Part shown: positions 1 through 13,077 of the stretch, piece by piece
How the letters are laid out: every line of letters starts with the position of its first letter
Numbering within the stretch: position 1 is the first letter of the stretch
Assembly (NCBI GenBank): GCA_012295275.1
Contig: CM022670.1
Coordinates: 36,704,001 to 36,768,000, forward strand
Source: Chrysomallon squamiferum
Taxonomy: Eukaryota; Animalia; Mollusca
DNA: 64,000 nucleotides
Direction: 5' to 3'
Position numbers and translations under genes: made by a program
The notes under the pieces: model-generated
Seen by the model: only the letters and a program-made list of their open reading frames with translations
What the model was told of the DNA's origin: nothing
Databases searched by the model: none

Positions 1-214
1 TTTTAAACCATGGTTTTGGAATATAACAAAATGCACTTCACTGTCAAAAGGTAACAAGCAAACTGCTTAAGAATGAGATTTATCATTGAACTTCTTAAAT
101 GGACGGATTGATATATTTAATGATTGTTTTCTGCTTCAAATCCTAAATCTTTATTTATTTATTTAATTATTTATTTGTAAATGTAACAAAATCTGACAAG
201 AATTAAACTTTTAT

Positions 215-252
<38 letters not shown>

Positions 253-460
253 CATATACATATACACCCTTCATTCATCGCTTTAATTCCATGAATGAAA
301 AAAACACCGTTGTTAACAAGGCAATTTTTTGTAATATTTTTAAAGGTCTGTTATGGTTTAATATAAATAGAAAATTTTGCAAAATTTTAAATAGTTTTAA
401 AGGTCAGTTAGAAGGTTTAATATAAATATGAAGATTTATTTATTTATTTATTTATTTCAG

Positions 461-592
461 GAGCTTTCTTCATTCCGTACATCTTATTCTTGCTGTTGTG
501 TGGTGTACCACTTTTCTTCCTGGAAGTTTCATACGGACAGTTTTCAAATCTTAGCCCAATAGCAATCTGGAGAATATGTCCATTATTTAAAG
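461..592 (+). CDS. Gene 1 exon (TM2)
   Basis: ttcag|[45 protein letters not shown]|gtacgt, 132 nt. Confidence 0.93.
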
Positions 593-634
593 GTACGTTT
601 TGAATTATAGAAAATTCAATCATATTTAATTCTA

Positions 635-680
<46 letters not shown>

Positions 681-806
681 TTTTTTATTTAATTATTCAC
701 AATATCCAAAAACAAAAACATTAATTGATTTTGAAATAAGTCAGTATGTATTAATGCACAGTTAAGATGATAATTATTTCAATAATAATAATAATAATAA
801 TAATAA

Positions 807-839
<33 letters not shown>

Positions 840-843
840 CAAA

Positions 844-877
<34 letters not shown>

Positions 878-1884
878 TAATAATAATAAAACTGAGAACA
901 GAAATTATATATATATACATTTTACAAATTCTGCTGATGATAATATTTGTGTAACTACAACAACATTTTCTGTTTAATTACAGGCGTGGGTATTGGCATG
1001 GTTATTGTATCATCTATTGTCTGTATCTACTACAACGTCATTGTGGCATGGGCACTGTATTATCTGGTCATGTCGTTCCGCGGGGTTCTTCCTTGGAGTA
1101 ACTGCGACAACGAATGGAATACTCCAAACTGTGTAGACGACGTCAGCCGTAATTACACCAACGCAACATCGTCCATGTTGCTAAATATCAACCAGTACTC
1201 TAATATGACATACGCTACCATCTCATCAGCAGCGTCCAATATGTCGGTGAAAATAGCAGAAAAACCATGAGTGCCAGTGAAGAATTTTGGGAGTAAGTTG
1301 CAGAAACTAAGTTAAATTAAATTTACATATATATATATACAGTTGCAAAAAACGCACATCTGAAATCCATTACATCGCTTATAACATTATTTTAAACCAT
1401 AAGTACTTTTAAAAAGTAGCTGTTACTGTTAGCAGATTAAATAACTCCTGTCATTTCTGTTAGCAGATTAAATAACTCCTGTCATTTCTGTTTGCAGACG
1501 ACATGTGTTGCAGTTGACTGATGGAATCGAAAACCCGGGAACGTTGCGCTGGCAACTGGTAATTGCGTTGTTTGCCGCCTGGGTTCTGGTCTTCCTGTGT
1601 CTTTTTAAAGGAGTTGCGGTCCTTGGCAAGGTATGGCGGTGGGTGCTATACAACATGCAGAATCCGATTTTTATATCCATTATTTATTTAGTTAATTTTT
1701 CACTGTTGCACAAAGAATCGGTGTCATGATGGTGGTAAATTTAACATTTCAAACAAAATTACTTTTATTAATAAAACAGAAATATTGGTAGATCAAAAAT
1801 AAATTGTAACAGCTTTAAATGTTTCTGATCTCTATTTTATTATGTTATATACTAATACTTTCCAGCACCATCAATTTTTGGTGA

Positions 1885-1921
<37 letters not shown>

Positions 1922-2474
1922 CGTTATAGTGAAACTCGTCTGAATTTTATCTTGTTTCTCGGACATTTTAGACTGAAAGTTCTGTCGGGAATGGTACATA
2001 TTATCTATGAAACTGTTCCATACGCAAAACGCGCAATTTTCGACCATCAAACGTTAGGAATTTTTTTAAAGAAATATATATAAATTATTATTTTTATTAT
2101 TTTTGTTCAGGTAATGCATTTTGCAGCACCATTCCCCTACCTGGTTCTAACTGTACTACTTATAAGAGGTGTGACATTACCTGGAGCTTTGGAAGGTATC
2201 AAGTTTTACATCATTCCAAGATGGGAGAAGTTAGCTAGCTTCAAGGTAATTAATTAAAAAGTTACGTGTGAAAAGATTGTTATTATTATCATTTTAATGA
2301 TTGTTGTTGTTTTATTCCTGTAATTATTATATTTTTAATTATTATTATTGTTTTTAAAATGTTTGTGTCTGTGTGTATTTAATCTTTTTATCTTTTATTA
2401 TCAAAAGCAGATTTATTATTTCATAAATGGTTAAAGCAAATTTAATAGTTATTAAAAAGGATCATTCATATATT

Positions 2475-2506
<32 letters not shown>

Positions 2507-4775
2507 TATTTATATATAAAATCTGTCATTGTCATTAGATAAAACATCTATATCTTTTTGATTATAACCATCATACTGAATACTTTAATTAAGGTTTTTG
2601 AGTCATATTAGTCACTTGTTTTTATTATTATTATCCATTCTGAATTGAGTTTAACAAAATAAATACATTTCTGCTTTAAGTAATTAATGTGTTTTAATTA
2701 TACAGGTTTGGGGTGATGCTGCTTTGCAGATATTTTATTCGGTTGGTATGGCCTGGGGTGGAATCATCACCATGGCAAGTTACAACAAGTTCAACCACAA
2801 TGTCTACAGGTTTAAATTTTAAAAATTTGTTTTTTTTTGGTATTTAGAATTTTAAATTTTATATAAACAACCTAATGAAGTAGGCAACACAAGTATGGAA
2901 ATAATAATAATAATAATAGTAATAAATAAAAAAAATAAAAAAAAAAAGAAAAAAAAAACAGCAATCAAGGAATAAGTCTTTGTGAGTAAAAGAAAAGAAG
3001 GTTAATTGAAAATGAACATAAATTTTTTAATAAATATCACAACTAAAATACTTTTATAAATCTTTACATTATTATCTTTTTTAACTTTAAAACTTATTTT
3101 ATTCTATCTGTTTCAACTACAGTTTTTAATATTTCTGCTTTGAATCATATTCTATAGTCAACAGTTTGTTTTTAACTAATTAAGTAATTAGGAAACATTC
3201 AATGCTTTGTTTCAGAGACTCCATGCTGGTTCCGTTCATCAACTGTGGGACAAGTATTTTTGCTGGTTTTGTTATTTTCTCAGTTCTTGGTTTCATGGCT
3301 CATGAAGCCGGTGTGTCGATGGAAGATGTGGTCACACAAGGTAAAACTGAAAATTCTAACACTGACTTTCATGGTTTCCACAATTCTTTGAAACTCATAA
3401 AAGCCTGATATTTAAGAGTTGCCAAATACAGGTATTTAAATATCCTTCAATTTGAGGAAGATACTCAAATGTCCCCCACATTTTGCAGCTTACAAAATTC
3501 TCTTCTTTATTTTCCAATGTTTCTTGCAAAACATTTTGTTAAAACTGCACTTGGGAAAGTTCTGTAGTGCTGTATGTGAAAGGATCCAACAATAATGATC
3601 ACTGACTTAGATACCAAAACTTTGGCATTTTTATGCATTGTACCATTCGTTTTTTGCCCTCAGAAGCTATAAAATTGATCTTATCCAAAAGATTACCCAA
3701 AAAGTCCATAATTATCTTTTGATGTATTATGTTGGAACCATGACTATGAGACTGTCTGTCCAAGACATTGATAAAGAACTGGTGACAGGAATGAAAATGT
3801 AATGTCTTATTACTATTATTCACAATTTGAATATTAATATAAAATATATGAACTATCCTTACAAACACTGAAAGCTATGGTCACATTAACTAGATAATAT
3901 TTTTATAATATTTATAATAGTACCTGTCTAAGATAATAAGCTAGAGGACTTGAGACAGAAAAGATAGAATTCAGTGTCAAAAATATTTACAAAGTTGCAG
4001 TATTTAATTTAAACATGAACTGATGAGTATTTAATAACAAAATGAAAATGAATGTAAATTTTATTTCTATATTTTCAGGACCTGGTCTGACTTTTGTTGC
4101 TTACCCAGAGGCGATTGCCAAACTTCCAATATCTCCTTTATGGTCAGTTCTCTTCTTTTTGATGCTGCTGACCATTGGGCTGGACAGTCAGGTAGGACAG
4201 TACTTTCAGTTATCCCAAAGACAGAGAATCATTGATTATACAACAATCAAGAGGAATATTTCTATTTTACATCAACAGAAAAAAACAAAAAATGTCGTTT
4301 TTGAGTCTTACCTTGATGTTAAAGAAAAAATAGTTTTCCATAAAGATACTAATATTTAAAAAAAAAATATTTATAATTTTTTAACTGTAAATAAAATTTT
4401 AGAAATTATTAAAATAACATACAGTTATCAATTTTGATTCAGTATCAGAATAAAATAAATGAAAAAACAAAGCAACAAAAAAAAAACTTAATTATTTTGT
4501 TGGTAAATTTGCCAACAACAAAAATGTATCTTGAAGTAAAAAAATTAATTTTTGGGGCTTAATTTTGAATTTATATTCTGATGTAAAATAAAATTGTTCC
4601 TCTGCTGCTTGTATCAGTGAATTTTAAAAATGTCATTTTATTATTTATCAATTTTTTTTCATTTTTTTTTATTGTCCATGTTTATATAATATGTAAATTG
4701 AATTTAGCTCTGCAGTTGACTTAAATGTTAAATCAAGATAATAGAAAATATTTTTAGACAAATACTTTCGTAATG

Positions 4776-4807
<32 letters not shown>

Positions 4808-5536
4808 CATTATTTATTATATTATTGTTTCAAATTATTATTATATTATCATCATCATCATCATCAGTCATCATCCTTATTATTTAACATAACTAATATT
4901 ATTGCTATTATTATTTTTATTTTTTACGAATCATCATCATTAGTATTAATATATTTCTAAAATTATTATTATAATTATTATAGGACTGAATTTGAAATTA
5001 TGTTTTAAGAAATAATAAAAAGTTGGTTGATGAGAGAAAAATATGTAAGTCTCTTGATTATGTAACCAACTAACAATAGACAGGCCATTTTTTTTTTTTC
5101 AATTCTGGTAACAGAATCAAATAGCATCAGAATTAAAATATTAATGTTTTTCTTAACAGTTATTAATTAGAAATATTTTTAATTTTAGCCAGAAATTATT
5201 TTTAATTAATATAAATTACAAATAAATAAAATAAAAAAAAAAAAAAATAAAATATTTAGATTCTTCTTGTTAAGCAGTTATATTTTGAATTAAATTTCTT
5301 TTTTTCTCCTTTTTACTTCTTTTTTTTTTTTAATTCTTTTTTTTTTTACATTTTTCACTCCATTTACTTTTATGTATTAATTTTGAAAAATATCTGAATG
5401 TTTGGAGTTAGGTTGTCTTTTAATTACAGAATAAACTTTTTTATAAAGACTTTTTTAAAATTAATTTTAATACTATTTTTAAAGCAAATATTTTTAACCT
5501 TTATTATTATTATTATTATTATCATCATTATCATCA

Positions 5537-5568
<32 letters not shown>

Positions 5569-6985
5569 TAATTTATTTTGATTTTCACAATTCATATTTT
5601 TTTTTTTTTTTTTAGCATTAGGCCTTTATTTTTATTTTATTTTAAAAATAGAATAAACAATTTTTGTTCATAAACAGTTTTAAAACATTAGATTAATTGG
5701 GACCATGACAAATGTTCTTGATGGCAACAAAGAACCATATAAATTTTTTTTTTTTTTTTTTTTTTTATAACATAACAAAATTAAGTCTTTGTTTATCAAG
5801 TCACATATAATAAATTATGTACTTACAAATAAAATTGCATTAATTCACTATTTTTACTAATTTAAGCAGAAAATAAGTTTTTAACATTATCTAAAATGAC
5901 ATATAATAAATATTAAAAAATAAATACAAGATAAAAATGTAAACTAATTATAAAATTAAATTAATTACCTAATATTTATAGTTAGTGTTGTGCGGTTTTT
6001 CAAAAATATTACTGAAAAAAATATTTAATAAAAATGAAATGAAAATTCATCTTAACCAGTGTGAGTTTGAACTCTAAATCCTATGAAAATATACCAGTTA
6101 TTGCTGCTGAATATAATTAAGCTTTTTGCTCTGCATGTGTGCATGTAACTATTAACCAGTGTGTGGCCAAGGAATAAAATATATTATTTGATAATACTGT
6201 CATCAGAAAATAAAAATGGTGGAATAACATATAATGGACCCATCTTAACTCTATTAATATATATAAAAAAGAATAATGAGTTTTAGATATGTCAGTTTCC
6301 AGATTAATTCTTTTTAAAGTTATTAAATGATTTCTAGTTAACATTTAAATTGATTATTTTACTGTTTTATGTTAAAAAATTGCCATTAATCAAACTATTA
6401 ATCTAAATGATATTTACATTTGACAAAAAGAGAACAACAAATCAATAAAAACACAAAAAATAGCAAATAGCAGTAACAATACATATTTATTTATTTTAAC
6501 TTCAGATCCATTTATTACTTTTTAACATTTTAACAACCATTAACCAAAACTATGAACATTAAACATTATAAATTATTTTTTTTAAAATCAATCTGGTTAT
6601 ACTAGTTAAGAAAAATGTGTGTGTTTTAATTATCTGAAATACAGATTTAGTTTAAATACAGCGAGATAACATGGTAAATTAAAAATATTTCTGAGAGTAA
6701 GTTTTGTTACCCCTTAATTTAAAAGTTGTGATTCTTCTGAATCATGTCTAAGGTAAATTGGTTGATTAAATAACAGCTGTTTAAATTACACAATCATCTT
6801 ATCCATATATTTATAAAGTTTAATGTCTGCTTTCATCTGTTTTAATCCAAAATATTGTTAGAATTTTCTTCTTCTTTCTTCATTTTTTTTTTTTTCTTCC
6901 AAATGGATTAACACATTTTTTTTTATGATGTAATAAAGTTTAAAAAAAGGAAAGAAAAAAAGCTTTTAATAAGTGATGAAGGTTT

Positions 6986-7022
<37 letters not shown>

Positions 7023-8859
7023 TATGTAGATGTATATGTATATTTTAAAATAGTTATGGATGTGGGTAAAAGTTTAAAAGAAAATAATTTTTATTTATTT
7101 CATACCTTTTCTAAATTAATAATCAATTAAACAGAAATAAAATAAAACACATTATTATTTTTTTTTTTTTTTTTATTAATATTATTATTGCTCTGTGTTT
7201 TAAACGTAGTTATTCAATATGTAAAATAAAACCGTGTTTTGCTGTGCTGTACAAAATCAGAACGCGTTTTTTTAATGACAATGCTGTATTTGTTCTCTCC
7301 TACAAGGCCCGTGGTCAGCTCCAACGGCAGAATTTCGTGGTGGTCACAACAGCGGCATCGGTCCACCTGACTCTACCCTTCCCCCGGTAGAGAGTGAAAC
7401 TCTCAAAACTTTAATTTTGTCGATTTTTTTTTTTTTTTTTTTTTAGTCACATAATTTACAGAGAGAACAGGTTACTTTCTCAAAATGAAATATATATAAA
7501 AAAAAAAAAAAAAAATATTATTGATAATTTAAAACAAAATACAAATTGGATAAAAATATTTTTGAAAAATACAAAGTTGAAGAATATTTAACAAACCAAA
7601 ATTTAATAAGGAATAAACCAAATGTACTTTCTTATTATTTGTTAAAAAAGTTACAGACTCTGATATTATTTTTAATTGAGGTACTTTATATCTAAACGTT
7701 TAAATACTAATGTCTTTAGAATATTATTTAATGTGTACTACAACAACAAAAAAAAAACTACAAACAAAAAAAAAAAAAAAAAAAACGACTAATTAATCTT
7801 TTGTATATTTCCACTTATTGTTTGGTTTATTTCTGGAGGATGACATTTTCTCTTTTATTATTATTGTTTTGTTTTTGTTTTTTTCAACTTTTATTTGAAA
7901 TGATGTGACAGTAAAAAAGAAAATGTCAGCCTACAAATATCCTGATGAGTTTTATATTTGGTGTCATACTTTGTTATAAGGAAAGATTGGTTGCCAGAAA
8001 TAAATGAACACTTTTTTTGGAAATACACAGAATTGATTTAGTCTGTTCATAATATCACAGATATACTTTTACCTCACAAAATTTTCAAAATACTATTGTT
8101 ATCTTTAAAAACTAATTTTAGCATAAAGATATATGCATATGTCTTGCCAATATTTGTTATTTCTAAAAGTATTTGTAACTAAAAACATCGAAAGTACAAA
8201 AATGATAATGTTATACCAGACAAAAAGATATCCCAGCATAAAGACAACATAAATTAAAAACAACAAAAATCCCCATAATATTTGTATTTGTTATAACTTT
8301 ATTTTGTTTATTTAAAATTAATAAATAAATAAATTAATTTAATTATTTTAATAATAATAATAAATATAATAATATTTTTAAGAATAAAAAAGTAAAATTC
8401 ACTTTTTTAACAAACCATTCTATTTAAATACCAAGTCACAGTGCATAAATATGTAAACAGATAACTGGAAAAATTACAGTTAAGTTGTGCATCATGGATG
8501 CAAATTTTTAAATAATTTCATTTAAGAAAGTACATTACTCTTATTCCTATCAAATCTGACATTTGTATTTATTTAGAAAGATAACCTGTTCTAAGTAAAT
8601 TAGAAAATAATGTTTTTATTTATCTGTATTGTTTTATTTTGTTGTAGGTACATCTCCAAACACACATACACAAACATACATACAATGTTCAAAATAAAAG
8701 AAGCCACAATATTTTTTTTTTTTTTTAGATTAAAATAACTTATTTTTTTAAATTTATTTTCAAATCCAGTGTACTTTATTTCTTTGATTTTAAATATTAT
8801 TGCAGATATGGTTTAAAATAATATGGTAATTTGAGAATGTATGAAAATTAATCAAATAT

Positions 8860-8895
<36 letters not shown>

Positions 8896-9198
8896 TCAAA
8901 AGACAATTAATAACAATAGCAGTTAAAAAAAAGTAAAAAAGAAAACCAAAATCAAAAAAAAAAAAAAACCACCTGAAAAAACAAACAAAACATGAAAACA
9001 AATATTTTAAATATTAATCAGAAAATGCCTTAACATTTTGTGAAATATTTAATTTCATTTTGAAAAGCATGTAGCTTTCTGATTTTAACCAGTATTATCA
9101 ATCCTGTGTTTTTCATTTGTTGTTTTGTTTACCCAAATAAACTTAATTTTTAACCTTAAAATTTAATTTGTTTTAATAGTAAATATAAACCGTTTAGG

Positions 9199-9246
<48 letters not shown>

Positions 9247-10616
9247 ATAGTCTGTATGATAACTGAATTTTGTGTTTTGTATTATAAAATGTACTCAGAA
9301 ATATCATTTCAATACAAACTGGCCAATACAGTTTTCTATGACAATTTTCCTGTTCACAGGATTTCAACACTATTATGTATTATTGAAAAAAAAGAAAAAA
9401 GTAAATGTCTTTAAATCATTTATTGATTGACACAGTTTGTATGCTTTTGAAATGGAACTAATAGTAATAATAATAAAAATAATAAAAATTTAGTAATAAA
9501 GAAAACCCCAAAACCCCCAATAATAATAATAAACTTTAGAAATAAATTATAAAAACATCCTAAACAATTATTTTTGAAGAAAATACATTTTGTTATTAAT
9601 GAGTCTTATAAAACCTAATAATATTTAATTAAATTAAATTATAAATAAATTAATTAATAAATAAAGAAGTAAATGAATAAATCAAATAAAACAAAACAAA
9701 ACAAATAAAAAAATAAAATAAATGACACTCAAAGGAAAAACACAAAAAGATAAACAAATAAAAAGGTTAATATTAAAAAAAATAAAGAAAATTAAAATTA
9801 AATCGTTACAAAGAACAAAATAAAAAAAACACAAAAAGATAAACAAAAAAGTAAATAGTAAAAAATAATTAAGAAAATTAAAATTAAATCATTGCAAAGA
9901 TAAGAATAATTGTTAAAAAAAAGAAAAAAAAGAAAGATTTTTTAAATTTGATTTATTGATATGAGTAATTAGAGTGGCTTCTTTTATCTTGTTCAGTCTG
10001 ACATTCACAAACACCAACTGCAGAAAGATATTTACTTTCTATTATGTATCTTACCAAGCAAAGCTAATGTGTTTTTCCGAATCTTGACACATAGCGTTTA
10101 AACAATTATGATAAATATCATGTCTACATCCATTAAAAACCTTTTTAATCGGTTCCTGCATGCAGTTTCAGAATATCAGAAAAATAAAGCCTACAAGACA
10201 ATTATCATTTTTTAAATTTAGAATATTTTTATTTTTATTTAATTTTTTTTTTTTTTTTTTTTTTTTTTTTGGAGGTGAGGGGCAGTAAAAATGAATAATT
10301 GAATATTTGGTTTTAATAAAAGCATTGGCTGCATTATAAAAAAGTAATAATATTAATATCAAGAACATTAATGACATGATATTTATAATTAATGTTATTC
10401 AAGTCTCAAGCACAAACAGAAACATAAAAAGAATGTAAAATATTTTAAAATAAAACAATTATATATATATATATATATAATTACTATAATAACTTAAAAA
10501 AGTAAATAATAAATATAAAAATAAATGCAATTGGTTTGTGCTTGAATTCTAGGAAAACACATAAGACTTTGTTGGGTTTTTATTTTTTTTAACTGTTTTG
10601 TATATATATATTTTTA

Positions 10617-10686
<70 letters not shown>

Positions 10687-13027
10687 GTATATGCTTAAAT
10701 ATTCCAATCCTGAAAGTTTTTGATGTTTGAGATAAAAATATAGAAACAAAATTGGCTGCAACATGAAATGAATAAAATGTTACTTTCGAAACAGTAAATT
10801 ATTTATTAAACAAAAATCATAAAGTGTGCTTACAATTAATTAAAATGCAAACTTCATTACAAATTATATATTATTAATTTATTCTTTTTACAAGAAACGT
10901 TTAATAGAACATTAAAAATAAAATAATGCTTATTCCACTATTTCCCATTTATTAATCATGCATGAAATCCAATCCCTTTCCTTCAATATTGGAATATTTA
11001 TTCATATTTTAAGCCTTTTTTTTTTTTTTTTAAAATAAAATTAAGGATTTGTACATTCAAATATAATGTCTTGAACTGAAAACATCTCACATTCAGATTT
11101 TCATTTACCCAGTAACATATCAAACAAAATTAATTTCTTTATGAAAATTTTGGCTTTTCAAATAAACAGAGTTGTTATCAGTTTTTGGCTATATATTATT
11201 TTGCATGTTTCGTTAAAATTTTTAAAATTGTTTTATTATTATTATAATTACATTATTATTTAAATTCTTTTCTTTTTTCTTTTTAATGTTCAGTATTTGA
11301 CATGAAAATGGTGTTTCATTGTAGTTTGGGATGTTTGAAACCATGCTAAGTGGTTTGACAGATGAGTATCCTCATTACTTGAGGAACAAGAAAACTTTGC
11401 TCACAGTACTCACTTGTCTGTTTGAGTTTGGACTGGGCTTGGCGTGCATTACTCAGGTATGTATGTGAGCATTCATGGATCTGTGTGTGTGTGTATGCGC
11501 ATCTGTGTGTATGCACGTGTGCGCATATATGTGTATATGAATGTATAATTTCTACTTGTATATCTGTGTGTGTACATCTTGCGTTTGTGTATGTATGCCT
11601 AGGTTTATCAGTATTAATGTATACTACAATATTTCATTTTAAACCTCTAGAATATAGTAAAAGTATAGAAAAATTAAGCTGTTAACTAATATGTGTAAAA
11701 CATAAGTATTAATATTATAAAATATATCTATGATACTTTTTATAAATTCTCCATATATCCCTGAATGTTTGAAACTGTAAATGAATAACTTTCACATCAA
11801 AATACATTTTAAAAAAAAAGTGTTGATTTAAAACTGCATTATTAAAATCAGGGAGAAAAAAGTTTAACACAATTTAATAAAAAGAAAATTTTATACTTTT
11901 TTTTTTTTTTTTTTCTCATAAAAGATTAGCTATTGTTATTTTGTTAATAATAGACTATTTTGGCTGTGTTTTTTTAAAAACAGGGAGGGATTTATGTGCT
12001 ACAAATCATGGACTGGTACTGTGCAAGTTTTTCACTCATGCTGATTTCATTGGCTGAATGTCTGGCAATCTCCTGGGTTTATGGTAAGATGTAATCTCAA
12101 ACAGCAGGCATTTTGTTGTTTTGTTAGCATTTCTCTTCATTTCCTGTCTTTCATGGTTTATCTTCATTAAACATTAAAATTGTGTCTTAACATTCACTGA
12201 ATGGGAAATTTTATCTGTAAAGTAGATTGGGTTTTATTTTAGGATAAGAAACTTCTTATTCTGTAATTAATTACCCCCAATAATAATATTTTGTTACATT
12301 TTGTTGGGATTTTTGCTTTCAAAAATGTCTTTGTTAATTTTTAATTATTTTTTTATTTTGGAATGTAAAATATTTATTCATTTTTATCAAAAATATTAAA
12401 GTTTGTTAAGAAAATTTTCAAATCTTTTCTTGGAATATTTCATTCCAGAGATAACCACATTTTTGTGTTTATTATTTTTTATACATATTTATTTTTTTAT
12501 TAATAATTAAGATTATTTATTTTGAAGTCTACTTATTTTCTATCAGTATAGTTTGATGTTTATGTTGTGAGGTGTATATATTTATGTATAAAATGTTGTG
12601 TTAGTGTATGTGTGTGTGATATTATTATTATTATTTAATCTTTATGTTATGTTATTTTAAAGGTGCTAACATTATCTGTGTACATATATCTATCTATCTA
12701 TATATATATAAAATTTAATGGCTGTGTTCCAGGTGCTGACAGATTTTACAAAGATATTGAACTGAATGATTGGATACCAGCCTTCTATTTGGTGGAAAAT
12801 TAGCTGGAAGTATGTTACTCCAACCATCATACTGGTCAGTTTCATTAATTCACTTGATACACACAGACACACACATTCACACACATACAAATATGTATGT
12901 ATGTATGTTCTTTGGAGGATTACTGATTTAATATATCAATTTTATCCTGAAATGGTTAGAATGCCAAATTTATCATCTAGACATCAAAATAAAATAGTTC
13001 TTAAATATCAGCAATTAAATTTTGAAC

Positions 13028-13077
<50 letters not shown>

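Noticed and set aside
1268-1270. In-frame TGA as selenocysteine or readthrough
   Set aside because: The downstream conserved sequence is in a different frame, so an indel rather than readthrough is needed.
7366-7404. Hammerhead-like CUGA..stem..GAAA arrangement
   Set aside because: It lacks the CUGANGA core and compatible stems I and III.
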